Below are positions 1 through 11,101 of a stretch of DNA of 20,802 bases, piece by piece. Made by a program: the position numbers and the translations under genes. Source of the DNA: Ramazzottius varieornatus (taxonomy: Eukaryota; Animalia; Tardigrada); assembly GCA_001949185.1 (NCBI GenBank), contig BDGG01000025.1, forward strand, positions 107,409 through 128,210, given 5' to 3'. Numbering within the stretch: position 1 is the first letter of the stretch; each line of letters begins with the position of its first letter. Under the pieces are notes generated by a model that saw nothing but the letters and a program-made list of their open reading frames with translations, had not been told where the DNA came from and did no database searches.

Positions 1-497
1 GACGTCCGATCGACCTGGCGGGAAATACGATACCGCTCAAAGGCTCAGGCCACATACAGCCACTGGACGTTCTCAGATTCGATCGGAGGGTCGCTCAGTT
101 GAGAATGTTGCTCGTAGTCCGACTGCAGTAGTTACTGGATCCATGGTGCTATCGGAAGAGAAGAAGAGGAGAAGGGGATTCTCAATAACAGAAGTGATGA
201 GATTGCATGCTGAAGCACGATGTAGCTCTGTCAATCAGCAACGAATCAACCACATGGAAATCAAACCGCTTGATTGACTAACTATGTACCGCCCAGATTT
301 TGACGTCACTTCCGGTTCCTGTATAGGCTTCCAGGATTTCATTCGGCAGTCTACGCCAGTTTCAGATGATGGAGCAGACTCTTCTCTACCATTCTATCAT
401 ACCAGAATATTCCGGGAAGGCGGAGGACAGGCATCCCCTCGTGAGTGTTTTGAACAAAAAGATAGAACGTTCAGCATTTTTCTACGATTTTTCGTAC

Positions 498-3058
498 CTA
501 GCTCCATGGTACGTAGCGATTGTGCTTTTGTGTCCGATAACCCATAGACTGCAAACGCAAATCCCGACGTTAGTTATCCATCCAAACCACAGACCTTCAA
601 CGGAGAACACGTAATATCGCAGAACTTCACGACTTACTGGCGCTTCCGTCAATATATGCGGTGTTCTGATTGACTTGTTCTCGGGGTCCCAAGGTGCATC
701 CTGGTCTTGTGCCCGGTAGACTTCTTACAAACTCCATGCATGTCTGATTTAACCTACGACGGTAACTTTGGTTAACATGCAAAGAGCATATGCGGCGGTC
801 GACGTTCTCGTCTTACGGTCCGAGAAAGGCGTCATCTAGAGGGACGGAAATAGGGAAACATGCTGGGTCGACCGGTTTGCCGGGCTCTTCGAAACAACAT
901 TGCGGTGGTAGCTTGTCGAGACCACGAGATTTGGGCGTATTCTGCAATCAGCGAAACGGGGAATTAATAAAATTAGACACTATTTTAACTCAAGGCATGC
1001 GTTGAACTATGACATCAAGAAGACTCACCGTGATATCATGGTCCTTACGTAAGGTAAATGGAAAACAAACGAGGAACTTGTTAGCAATGCTGGCGCTGTC
1101 ATGATAGATTCTCATTAAGCTTTCAGATGACTTGATGGTTCGCTACTTACAATAAACTGTCCGAATTGCATAAACTGTTGGAAAAGGGAAAGTCAGCGAT
1201 GATGGATCGTGAGAATTTAATCACTAAAAGTGATGAACGACCGTGAACGGTATATGCAGTTGGCACACTTACCATCAATGTCGTGGTGGTCGATACGACG
1301 TCGTCATTTCCGGCAACGCGTTTGCTAATGGCTCGCGCACTTGGCAAAGGTTTTCCGTGCTTTGACTGTCGAGGTTCCGAAATCGCTGAAAGTAGTCAAA
1401 GAGGTGAAAGAACAGTAGAGTGATCCCTTTTCGCAGTCTCGATAAACTTACAGTCGGCGTAGTCTGGTTCTATCATCCGAAGGAAAATGGAGGCGGAAGT
1501 ACCGCGGTTGGGAAATGCAATGTTGTTACACGAGCCGTCGAACGAGCGGAATTTCGAGCGAGCACATTCGGGCAGCTCAACGCTGAACGGATCGTCCAGA
1601 GGTACTCGTGGCGCTCTGGAAGGAAAAATCTCTTCTATGAGGCCGACGCTCTAAATTGAATCGTAAACATGGGCGTACTCTTCGGCGCTGGTCAGGCAGT
1701 CTTGTTTTACGGTTTGGGACACTTGGATCAAAGGCAGCTGGTTCTTGATTTGATCTGGTGTGATACCGAATCTGTAGTAAAGTACCAAATAACGATCATG
1801 CACGTCCAGAGGATGGTACCGGCCAAGTTTACTTTCAACCGACCGATTGCCACACGCATGCCCGGTTCTGGAAGTTGTTGAAATGGGTAACGTACTTCGA
1901 CACAAGAGTTTTTGTAATTTGTTCCAACGCAGCTGCTTGCTTTCCCACTACCAGCGTTTTCTTTTCTCCGGGGTTCTCCAGCGAGCCCAGCTGTCCGGCT
2001 GACTTTGGGCGGTTAGTTAGGACTGTCTTACTGATGTCACCACCTGTAGACAAACTTCAAAAACGTTATAATGGCAGTACATTCAGAGGTCACGTCTGAA
2101 TTCTGTCGTTCGAAACAATCTAGCTCAAAAGTCAAATCAAACGTTCGTTTATTGTGTTTCGACACTCGTATTTATTATTGTTTTTCTATTGTTAATACTG
2201 AACGTCTGCACGTCCTTCGTTTTCGACGATGAATAGTTTTGCATTCTATCCGGCACTTTCAAACTACTGTACACCAACTTTGGTCAACCCCGTGCAGCCA
2301 CCCCAGAGACTTGCTATACACTGTTGCCGGTACGGCGGTTCAAGACCTCAAAATAATCTGGGCTAAAGATCACCTAAAGCTAGGCTACAGCTGTTCGCAT
2401 ACCACAAGGCGCCGTCCATTATGGTTCTTCTCTGAATCTGCTGTTTATCTTGTTCAATTTTAAAAACAGTCAGAAATTCTCACGAGGAAGAGTGAATACA
2501 CTTACCGCTTGGCGCTTCCGGTTCGATGTCGTCGAAAAAGTTACTGATGGTCGCCGCTATGGTGGTCGTTTCTTTTCCCTTTCTTCTGGCTTTCAACAAT
2601 GGATTGGTAATTGGTACAGTGCTCGCGGTCGTTGCAGTTGTTGCTGTTGTCGAGGTGGTCACAGGCGTTACTTCCGGCGCGATCTGGACAGAGGCTTTCA
2701 TTTCCGACAATCGGTCATTGTCTTCGGAAGAGGCCTCGTCCGTCATAAAGAACTCACGGCTCTGAACAACCGGTCCAGTTGGAACGATGGTTGTATCGTC
2801 TGGCGTCGCAAAGAAGGATGCATCTTCGACGATCCGGGCTGTCCTGTCGGACCCGTTAAAAAACGGACCGAGCAGAGTGCGTGATATAGGGCCAAGACGA
2901 TTTGCCTGTTCTTTTGCCGCTTTTATTCTGTCGATGAGGTCGCTAGAGAACGGAGAGCCGAATGATCGTTCAGAAGGGAATGCCGATATCTGGATGTTTG
3001 TCGGTATCTGGGCGGACACTCCGAAGGACCACAATATTAAACCGAATAAAGTCTTCAT
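498..3058 (-). CDS. Animal heme peroxidase (peroxidase-cyclooxygenase superfamily; peroxinectin/chorion-peroxidase-like), 5' part; continues towards and beyond the left edge
   Basis: Phase-consistent GT-AG exons: 3058-2506, 2043-1896, 1771-1679, 1615-1452, 1385-1273, 1174-1151, 1043-1029, 941-817, 753-638, 548-498. Translation gives a signal peptide (MKTLFGLILWSFGVSA) and a Thr-rich linker. Family motifs follow in the expected order: FRSFDGSCNN, FLRMIEPDYAD, LPSARAIS, FMQFGQFI-DHDIT (distal Gln/Asp/His), CFPISVPLDD, CMEFVRS, REQVNQNTAYIDGSAIYG (Ca-binding segment). The next exon below 498 could not be placed; extra exons between 2505 and 2044 are not excluded. Confidence 0.93.
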
Positions 3059-6000
3059 CCTGAAGAATGAACAGACGGTGATGCAGCTGATTTCATACTC
3101 CGCAAATTAGATCAAAGGTTGGCAGGCGAATCGTTTAAATTGTTATCCCAAGTGGTGAACGTTTCATTGTGATTTGCTGGAAGAGTGCGTCATTAAAGAT
3201 GACATTCTTGTACGTTTCGTTCGTCGGCCTCCCAGTCAAATACGAACCTTGAAAATGCACTGGTGATCCCGAATTTCCAGTAGATGCAAGGACGCGTTAT
3301 GGTTTGGCCGTATTGGTCAATCGTAGGTCAGTTCCATCACTACAACACAAGGTAATACGTAGCTTCGCCAGAGTCACTGGGTGAATGTGGATGGACCAGT
3401 TTTGGCATGGGGACTATATATCAAGGCAAAAAATATCGTAGGTCGTTGCCAAAAAATGGGCTTTGGAAATCCCTTGCTTTGCTTGTTATGGAAATATTTC
3501 CAACCAAGAAAATTAGTTTGATCGAGCGCAGTTAGAAACACAGATTGATGTCAGTTGTTCTTTTTGCTCTTGATAAACTGCCATAAAGACCTGTACGCAG
3601 TGACCCACATCTGGGCGATAATTTCTTCTATGATACTCCACCACAAGTACAAACGACACCAGACTTACCGTATCAAAAGAATACATCTGGTCATCAAGGA
3701 AGCGCTTGATCTGACACGGACAACACTCATTCGAAGCATAACATATCATTTCGGCTGAGTAATCGCGTCAAAGACGTGTGACCGTCTAGCAATGATATGC
3801 AATTATATCGAAGAACAGAACCGTTGACGTTCAACGCAACGACCAATGTTTGTATACAAACTTTAGAGAATGGTGTTATATCGAAAAGAATGCCGCACCC
3901 TATCGATTTTACGAAAACTAAATTCCTGAGGTGCCGCTGAAAGCTGGATGCCTTACATACCCACGCGGACTTTTCCAATAGGCGCGATTGAAGCAGGAAA
4001 ACGAAAAAGGATACTCAAAATTTGAGTTTTGTAGAGAGAATAGAATTTTGACAAATAGAATACTGGGCGAATTCAAGTCAGTTTTTCATATCGAAACTTT
4101 CACCGCAAAACCGTAAACAAGGAAAGCGAAATTATGCCTGAAATAGTCCGCTGACAGTTATATTTGCCCAGGGTTTTATAGTATAGGTGATTTGATTAAC
4201 GAAGTAAGAAATACCAAAGGGATGAGTCATGGTGTAAAACAGCAATGTTTGGACGAGCTATGACGTTTTTAGTGGTCGTTCTGGCTGACTTTCGTTCCGC
4301 TTCAGGTGTTTTCTTTGATGAACGAGACAGGTACTTCTGCACGTCGTACCGTTGGGTCGCCACAGCCGATGGACCCAGATGGCGCGAAGCAGAATCTTGT
4401 CTGTCACCAGACTGGCGGATGAGTTTGTGGTCGATACAGCATGATCAGACTGTAAACAGGGCTCCTACATACAAATATTGTTTTTCCGGTTTCATATTTC
4501 CAGAGCCGCCGAAGTTCGGACGGAACAGGGCACCGCGGTGTTCCATCAACATTGCCGGTGAGGTGTTGGTAATGTTACTAATGTATTGGGAGGTAACTTT
4601 GTCATGGAAAGTAATCCCCCGTTTCCTCGAGCTCCGACTTTAGAACAAAAACTTGTTTGTCAACAGCTTATCAACACCGCTTATCAATACCTGACTGATG
4701 AGCTCGAGGTCTTTGGCTAACTTCTCGTCTGGACAGAGCCCATTAGGTGACAAGCACGTTTGCTATCTTCCCAAAGCCTCGAAACCGCTGGCGGACCAAA
4801 GAGAGGAGAATAGGTTTTTTGAAAAATTCTTTCGTCTGCATTTGACGTCAGCACCGGTAGGATGATTAGTACAGCGCCGCGCAGAGCGAACTTTTTCCGG
4901 TTGCCCTTGACTGACTCTCCCGTTGAATTGTCGCCGAACTACATTTTTTGTTATTACATTTTATGTTATTACTCATGTGTGCAGTGTGTGGTTTTATCGA
5001 CGAAACGAATTGTGGAAAGTGAGGAACAGTCGTAGCCTATCAAAAAGGGGAACGTCCTGCCACTGGGAGTGGTTCCGTAGGAGCTTGACGCGAAGGGGAA
5101 ACGAAAGGCAGGCTGTTCAACTTTGTAAGGTTATACTACAGGAACGGATGTACAGTACGAGGAGAGAGGCTCGACGTTTCTAACGAACTTACTTTGCTAA
5201 GCCAAATTCTGAAGGTAGGGCTGCCCACTGCGAATCTAGACTACAACCAGCTGGCGGCTGAGCAGAAGTTAGCAATGTTTTAGCCAGTTAGCATTCACAG
5301 TTCAGTTCAGGCCTTGATTCAGTGATCGGCAAGTCCGTAGAGAGAGATTCAGATAAATCTGTCAAAGCAATGCGTTTTCGCTCGGAAGTTAGCTAGGTTG
5401 TAGCCGTTCCGATTTTGGATGAAAACGGCTGTGTTGCGTCATCATTAACCCTGGGCACAGTTTTAGAAATGTGTGATTCTGCTCAGTTCGACACATATGT
5501 GGTTATCTGGCTTGGCTTGGCTTGTTCTACCCTCTGCAGGAAGAGTGCTCCCTAATATCGGATGCCATCTTCGAATGGCTTCCACTCTGGAATTTCTCTC
5601 TTCACGATCTTCCAATGTTCCCCACTTCTGTCTGGAGCAGAATGAAGCAAGGTTGTGGGAGATACTTGTGAATTAATTTGGAATGACGTGATGGTTTTTG
5701 AGAAATTCGTTAGTTAGAAAAGTAGTAACCAGTTTGGCGAGTTAGAAAAGTTAGGCCTTGCTCCTCGTACAGAGTAAGGGATCGTGGTGTGAAAAGACGG
5801 CAAGAACGAAACGAAGTGTACGAGTACTATCTGTTGCGTTGTCATTACATTAGCTACTGGGATTCCCACAGGGAGAGCTTAGTCCTGGATAGACGCATGA
5901 GTGCCAGTTTGTCCAGCCGAGCGTGATGCAATTAAGAGGCACATCACCCATAAATAAGGCAGCATTTCTCGCAGATGCAAAGGCCGCCTAGCCTTGTTGC

Positions 6001-6135
6001 ATCCAATTTGCCAAACTGTAAACGACAGCCTGGTACCCATCAGAATATAAGTGGGTGGACGAAATGATACTCTTCGGAGCAAATTGCCATTCTACGTGAA
6101 ACTTGTTTTCATTCCTTCACTTCGCACTGTGGAAG

Positions 6136-8095
6136 ATGTTGCCTTATTTGTTCAAGTTCTTCCTTGTTGCTAGCTTTCTGCAATCAAAGGTGCAGTTGAT
6201 TGGTGGTACGGAAAACGCCAAGATCGACTTCGACTTTTGGGAAGTGAACAAGTATTTCGTGAAAGTAATTGGGGCGCTGGACAAGCTGACGTGGTACCTG
6301 CAAGGACATTATCATGAGGGAAATTTGGATCTGTTTATTGGAACGAGAATTGCCGAAGGACAACTGATTACTCTGCTAGAACGCGCTAAGGAAAAGGATG
6401 GCTCTTCCGGGATCATCTCGAAACCAATGATCCATCGTCTAGAACTGATTCGAGACCGACTTACTTTCGTCAGCGAACGCGGAGCGGAGTTCGCTAGAGT
6501 GAATGAACCACAGTATTTCAAAAGTACGTTGTTTGGAATCTGAAGAATGCTGTAAACGGCGAAAGGCTATTTCAGTACTCTTTCTAACCTTCGAGTTTGC
6601 CGCAGTGGCGAACATCAGCCCGGTGGTTTTGGCGCTAATCTCTCCCTTTTGTAGAGATAGGCGGAATACTGGGCCCACACATTTGGGACATCGATTACGC
6701 AGCAATTAAGCTGGTCAACAAAAGCCTGATAACGCCCTCACACGCGGAAGAAATGTTTAACGAAGCACAGTCCGATGAGTGTGTTCACCACATGCTGGTT
6801 TCCGCTTGGTAAGCCTGTACCGTGGGATGTGCCAGTCCCACCTAGATGGCTCTTTCACTTATTACTCCTTGAGCCCGGCCCTATCAAAGGACCATAGTCT
6901 CAACCATCACGGATAAATCGCTTTAGATTGTCGGTCGTGTTGGATGTGGCCTGGACTTTATTCTTCCAGGCGTGATCCCAAGCAATGCCACGTTCCCGAA
7001 GAATGCTGGAAAATCGTCCACGCACCCTCATTTTCGGGATACTCATTGACCCATCAACTCTTTCTCCTGGAAATCGGCGCCAAGGTAAGTCTCGCTACTG
7101 ACGCTTGTATTTTACCATCGGGAATATGACAGGTTTCGCTAGTATCTTAGCTTTTCTCCTATTGCCAAAAACTGCTTCAAGAGACTTTCAGGGTGTTTTT
7201 TGAATTGTATTTGTGTTATAGATTGGATGTCAAAATGAGCTTCAAAGGCTCGAAGCCAAGCAGGGAGGACACACGATCGGTGACGAAGCGGACAGGATTT
7301 GCGCCAACGTTTACTCACAAGCCATGACTATCGCTCACGCGGGGTTTCCCAAAGGGAAACACGACATTTTCATGGAGCAAGGTGAAAAGCCTAATCAGCA
7401 TCTCCTTTCCGTGACTATCGTAGTATGAAAGTCCGTTCAAAACACCACACCCTGTGTCCTCACAAAAGTTGTAATGAAGGTGAGCGTAATTGACTTTGAA
7501 TGTTGTATTCAATATTGTTCTTCCTCGGTGTAGTGGCGCTGTGCGGGATATTAGGTTATGCTAATGTCTTCCAAAGTGAATGGCTGGATGCCATACTCAG
7601 TTGGCAGCAACCAAACGGATGTTACGGGTACCCCATCGACAAGAAGGCCACGACGATAGGTCCTCTTTCGGCACGACGGACTACTGTGCCGGCTGGATCG
7701 AGTATGCCGGTGTTGTCGAGAGCAAAACGGCAAGACCGCCCTATGGAAGGTACGGAATCGACGGCTGTTTGGCGAGAACCAGTGTAACAAGAATACTGCG
7801 CTGTTTGCATGACCATATGATCTGCTTACCGATGGGCTTATCCTATCGATTATTGGACGATCTCGGAACGAGTCAAGGGTTTGCCTGGGGAAGGATGGGA
7901 TAGCCGCCAGAAGCAATTAGTCGCTTGACTGCCCTTATTACGTTTGCCGCGCATAGTGTCGGATCCAATTTCCTCAAACGTTTGACTCGTTTATTTGCAG
8001 ATGGCTGCTCTTCTCATCGAACGGCGGTGGCAGCTGCGGCGCTAGCGGCCTACGTCAAGTTCCTGGCGCTGTTCACCGAAGCCAACGTACTCTGA
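6136..8095 (+). CDS. C16orf89: UPF0764 / C16orf89 homologue (DUF4735 family), secreted
   Basis: Six phase-consistent exons: 6136-6523, 6655-6808, 6970-7084, 7222-7381, 7534-7749, 8001-8095 (TGA). Signal peptide, then motifs I recognise from C16orf89: ALDKLTWYL..NLDLFIGTRIAEGQL, FNEAQSDEC, SGYSLTHQLF, DIFMEQVALCG, WLDAILSWQ..GCYG, RAKR (furin-type site), DGCSSHRTAVAAAAL. Confidence 0.9.
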
Positions 8096-8344
8096 CACCC
8101 ATATGAATGCGAACCACTTTCCGGAAAACGAACAATGCGATGCCTGTTTTGACTAAGTGAGTCGGTATAGCGATTTAACTGTTCTCTGTGCGGATCATAG
8201 GTTTTGTTTCTTGCTTTTTGAATCTCACTTTTTGACATTTTCGATCGGAAGACAATGGTATCCCATAAATAACTCTCGTTCCTTCGGTGAAACCAAAAAA
8301 CTCTAAATCTGAATCTGGTTCCACCATAGGAACTTCCACAGGCT

Positions 8345-9449
8345 TCAGCTCCTTGATGCTCTACAGCTGCTTGACGGTATCTCGTAAACCCTTATCCTCG
8401 CCAGCAACCTGGAAAATAGACAGCTTTAATGACATCCGCATCAATGGCAAGCAATATCTGGATCTATAAACTTCGGGTATTTCTTAATCTGGCAAACGAA
8501 CCTGGCTTGTCCTTGTTGGCGAACATTGCTGCACTGCTTTGACGACGACCATCGAGCCATGTTGGGTGCGGTGATGTCTCTTGGGTTTACATCGAACAGA
8601 CATTCAAACTGGCCAATTTCGTCATGACCTGACAAATCATCGGCGTCGAGGGCTTGTACTCGCGCGTTCACAGTCTACAAGAATGCCTAATTGTACGTCT
8701 GGGACAAGCATTTGCTTCGAATACTAAGCGTGAATAATTAAATACGATTGGTTTGACACTGCGACAGACTTACACTGAGGGACCCACCGCAAATGTCACG
8801 GGTAATGACGCGATTGAATTGCGGTGAGTTGTTGTTGGTGCCCTCGTAGATAATAGCCCATCTGGATGGGGAGTAAGTTCCTGGCCATGGTGTCCGGGGA
8901 TTACTTCTGCATTGGGACGACGTATTACCAAATCTTTTCGAATTGGACAAGGTTGTCCAGATACTTACACGTCAAGATATGCCTGTACTCGGACATCACA
9001 GTCGTTCATGGTATCGCAATGTTGACCGGTGGAAAGAACACCGCTGGGATTGTCTAGTTCTTGAATTTCTACCTCAACGCGGAAGTAGTCGGGGAAAGAA
9101 CCGCCTCGATCTCCATCGATGGTTAGCCGCTCCTTGCTGGGACTTCGACGGCCTCCATTCACGCTAAACCGACTTTCAGAGCCCCGTCGACCCGAGGAAG
9201 TAATAAAAAATCCGCTGTCTTGGTTCTGCCGTCCTGAACGTCCATTGCCCCAATAGTCATCCGCGTATTCTTGCGAACTGGCAACCTGTAAACATTGCAA
9301 GTCATTGCTAGTGGCGCCGTTTGCGTGGCTGTGACGTGCTGGTCACAAATACAGAACAAAGTGCAAAGATAACTATGTGGGTTATTAGGTTGACCTACCG
9401 TTAAGTACAACAGAGTACTGGCCACCGCGAAGATCACATCTGAAACCAT
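8345..9449 (-). CDS. Uncharacterised secreted protein (245 aa) with a low-complexity N-terminus and a single C2-like (Notch-ligand MNNL-like) beta domain
   Basis: Five phase-consistent exons: 9449-9399, 9285-8969, 8906-8774, 8674-8502, 8408-8345 (738 nt including TGA). Signal peptide MVSDVIFAVASTLLYLTVASS. Domain reads YFRVEVEIQELDNPSGVLSTGQHCDTMNDCDVRVQAYLDV...NARVQALDADDLSGHDEIG...LLARIRVYEI with 6 Cys. The gene structure is well supported; the domain assignment is by resemblance only. Confidence 0.8.
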
Positions 9450-10320
9450 GATTCTTGTCAATGTCCTTAATTCAAAAGTTGTTGCAGCAAGGAAGGCGGC
9501 TGATGAAGTCAGGTAGTAACAAATAGAGCATGAAGTTTCGCCAGTTGCTTCAACCGATGGAACTTTATGACTGGGGTATTTTATGATATTTCAAATACCG
9601 GTCGAACCGGTTTCATGCTTTCATCACTCTTCTTTTTTGTGTGGTCCGCACGCAGTATTGTTCTGCATAGAACTGTTTGTGCTAAAGGTAGAAGTGCTTT
9701 CGTACCGAGCTTGTGTGTTTCGAAGAACTCTATATGATCTGATTTCTGCCATTGTGAATTTAAAAGTCGCAAACATTTTCTGTCATCGTTCTCTGACTCA
9801 TAAGCTTAAGTGACGCCGAAAAACTTACGCTAAGTCTTCAGAATGCATACGAGTGCGAGTGTCGGAAACACTGCCACATTCAACAGCGCTGAAACGGAGT
9901 GCAGGTAGTCTGATCGGGCATTAGTGCGGCGACTTCGGTGCGCTTCCCTCCTACTCGAGCAACACCGGATAAAAGTCGCCAATATATACAGTCTGACACT
10001 GTAAACATTTCGTCACAATGTGCGGTCATGCGGGAAGCAATTTTCACCTGTCAGAGTGCTTGTTCACCCAGAAGCTGTTGCTTTCATCAGTCGTTTCTAT
10101 GAGCACCGCTTTGAACTGACGCTCTCCAGCGCTCTAAAAAAACGGACAGAATGCATCATTTTAGGGTCGTGGTGGCTGATTCCCTCTGACTAACGATTTC
10201 TTCCAAGCAAATGTTTGACAACCTTCCAACTTTTAAGGATCATGTCCGCAGAAGACGCCGTAAACAAACCTGCTTCAAGGGGTAAAAATACTGCCAGTGT
10301 CACGCTTCATCCGCCCAGAA

Positions 10321-10326
10321 TATAAA
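10321..10326 (+). promoter_or_regulatory. Probable TATA box of the Gly/Tyr-rich gene
   Basis: TATAAA about 140 nt upstream of the ATG at 10460. Confidence 0.5.
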
Positions 10327-10459
10327 CACCAACAAGAACTGTCAAAACACATTCGGAAAAACCGTAAATCTCTGCGTCTGAACTTCGGGTATACTACTCA
10401 CAGTGAGCTTTCCCGTTCTCCGACACTAGATTCCTCTTGTTGTTTCACTTGTTTTGAAA

Positions 10460-10860
10460 ATGGCAAGATTGCTGAGGGTAAGTCGCTGGAATTTTATTCT
10501 CGATCTTTTGCCTTACGAGTGACCCATAGAAATGCTGGGTTTGTTTCGAAACAAGATGCTTTTAGCGTGTTACAGATTCTGTTGTCTGTCTTGGTGGCGA
10601 CGCTGGCACTAGCCGGTTCAACCGCGGCCTATGGTTATGGATACGGCGGCAGCTATTACTTCCCGTCCTATGCATACGGTTATGGCGCTTACCCGGGATA
10701 CGGTACTAGCTACAGTTATTATCCCGGCTATTACGGCAACACCTACGGCAGTTATGGTTATGGATCGGGCTATGGTCTCGGTTACGGCACAGGATATGGT
10801 TACGGATCGGGCTATGGTCACGGTTATGGTTCGGGATATAACGTGTACTATGGAAAATAG
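10460..10860 (+). CDS. Small secreted Gly/Tyr-rich structural protein (cuticle/eggshell type), 100 aa
   Basis: Exon 1 is 10460-10477 (MARLLR|gtaagt); exon 2 is 10576-10860 (tacag|ILLSVLVATLALAGSTAA-YGYGYGG...NVYYGK*). 24-aa signal peptide; the 76-aa mature chain has 27 Tyr and 26 Gly by manual count, with GYGxGY repeats. Confidence 0.9.
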
Positions 10861-11101
10861 TTTTAACGACAGATACATTGTATGGCCATGTTTACCTCTT
10901 TGCAAAAATCTGTGCCAATATCCAATGTTATTTTATTTATCAAAGTAGACGACCCCTACAGACTTTGCAGCAGTTTATTTGATTCTGTACATGAGAAGCA
11001 CTGCTTTTGAGAACAGGTACACGCCGCACAGGCGAAGTAGAAAGAACTTTGGAAATAAACAACATTCGAACAGCCGCACATCGGGTTTGATAACAATAAA
11101 A

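Noticed and set aside
1-497. Candidate next peroxidase exons (acceptors near 438, 321 and 15)
   Set aside because: None gave a recognisable continuation (G.L...LP...CF.AGD.R.NE), so the region is left unassigned.
1820-1867. Possible extra peroxidase exon (TGHACGNRSVESKLGR) from ORF 1651..1905
   Set aside because: Would need a 28-nt intron. Direct splicing 1896 to 1771 gives LVSK-FGITPDQIKNQLP, which fits the family pattern better.
2450-3110. Plus-strand ORFs 2450..2884, 2526..2765 and 2787..3110
   Set aside because: Antisense shadows of the peroxidase first exon; the hydrophobic Val run mirrors the Thr codons.
4245-4643. 132-aa ORF with a weakly hydrophobic N-terminus
   Set aside because: No recognisable motif, poor signal peptide and no convincing exon structure. 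Cannot be excluded without RNA data.
4666-5750. Short local duplications (GCTTATCAAYACC x2 near 4670; AGTTAGAAAAGT x2 near 5712-5750)
   Set aside because: Too short to be distinguished from ordinary slippage duplications.
10297-10575. N-terminal 90 aa of ORF 10297..10860
   Set aside because: Read-through of promoter, 5'UTR and intron. The ATG at 10460 with a GT-AG intron gives a proper signal peptide.
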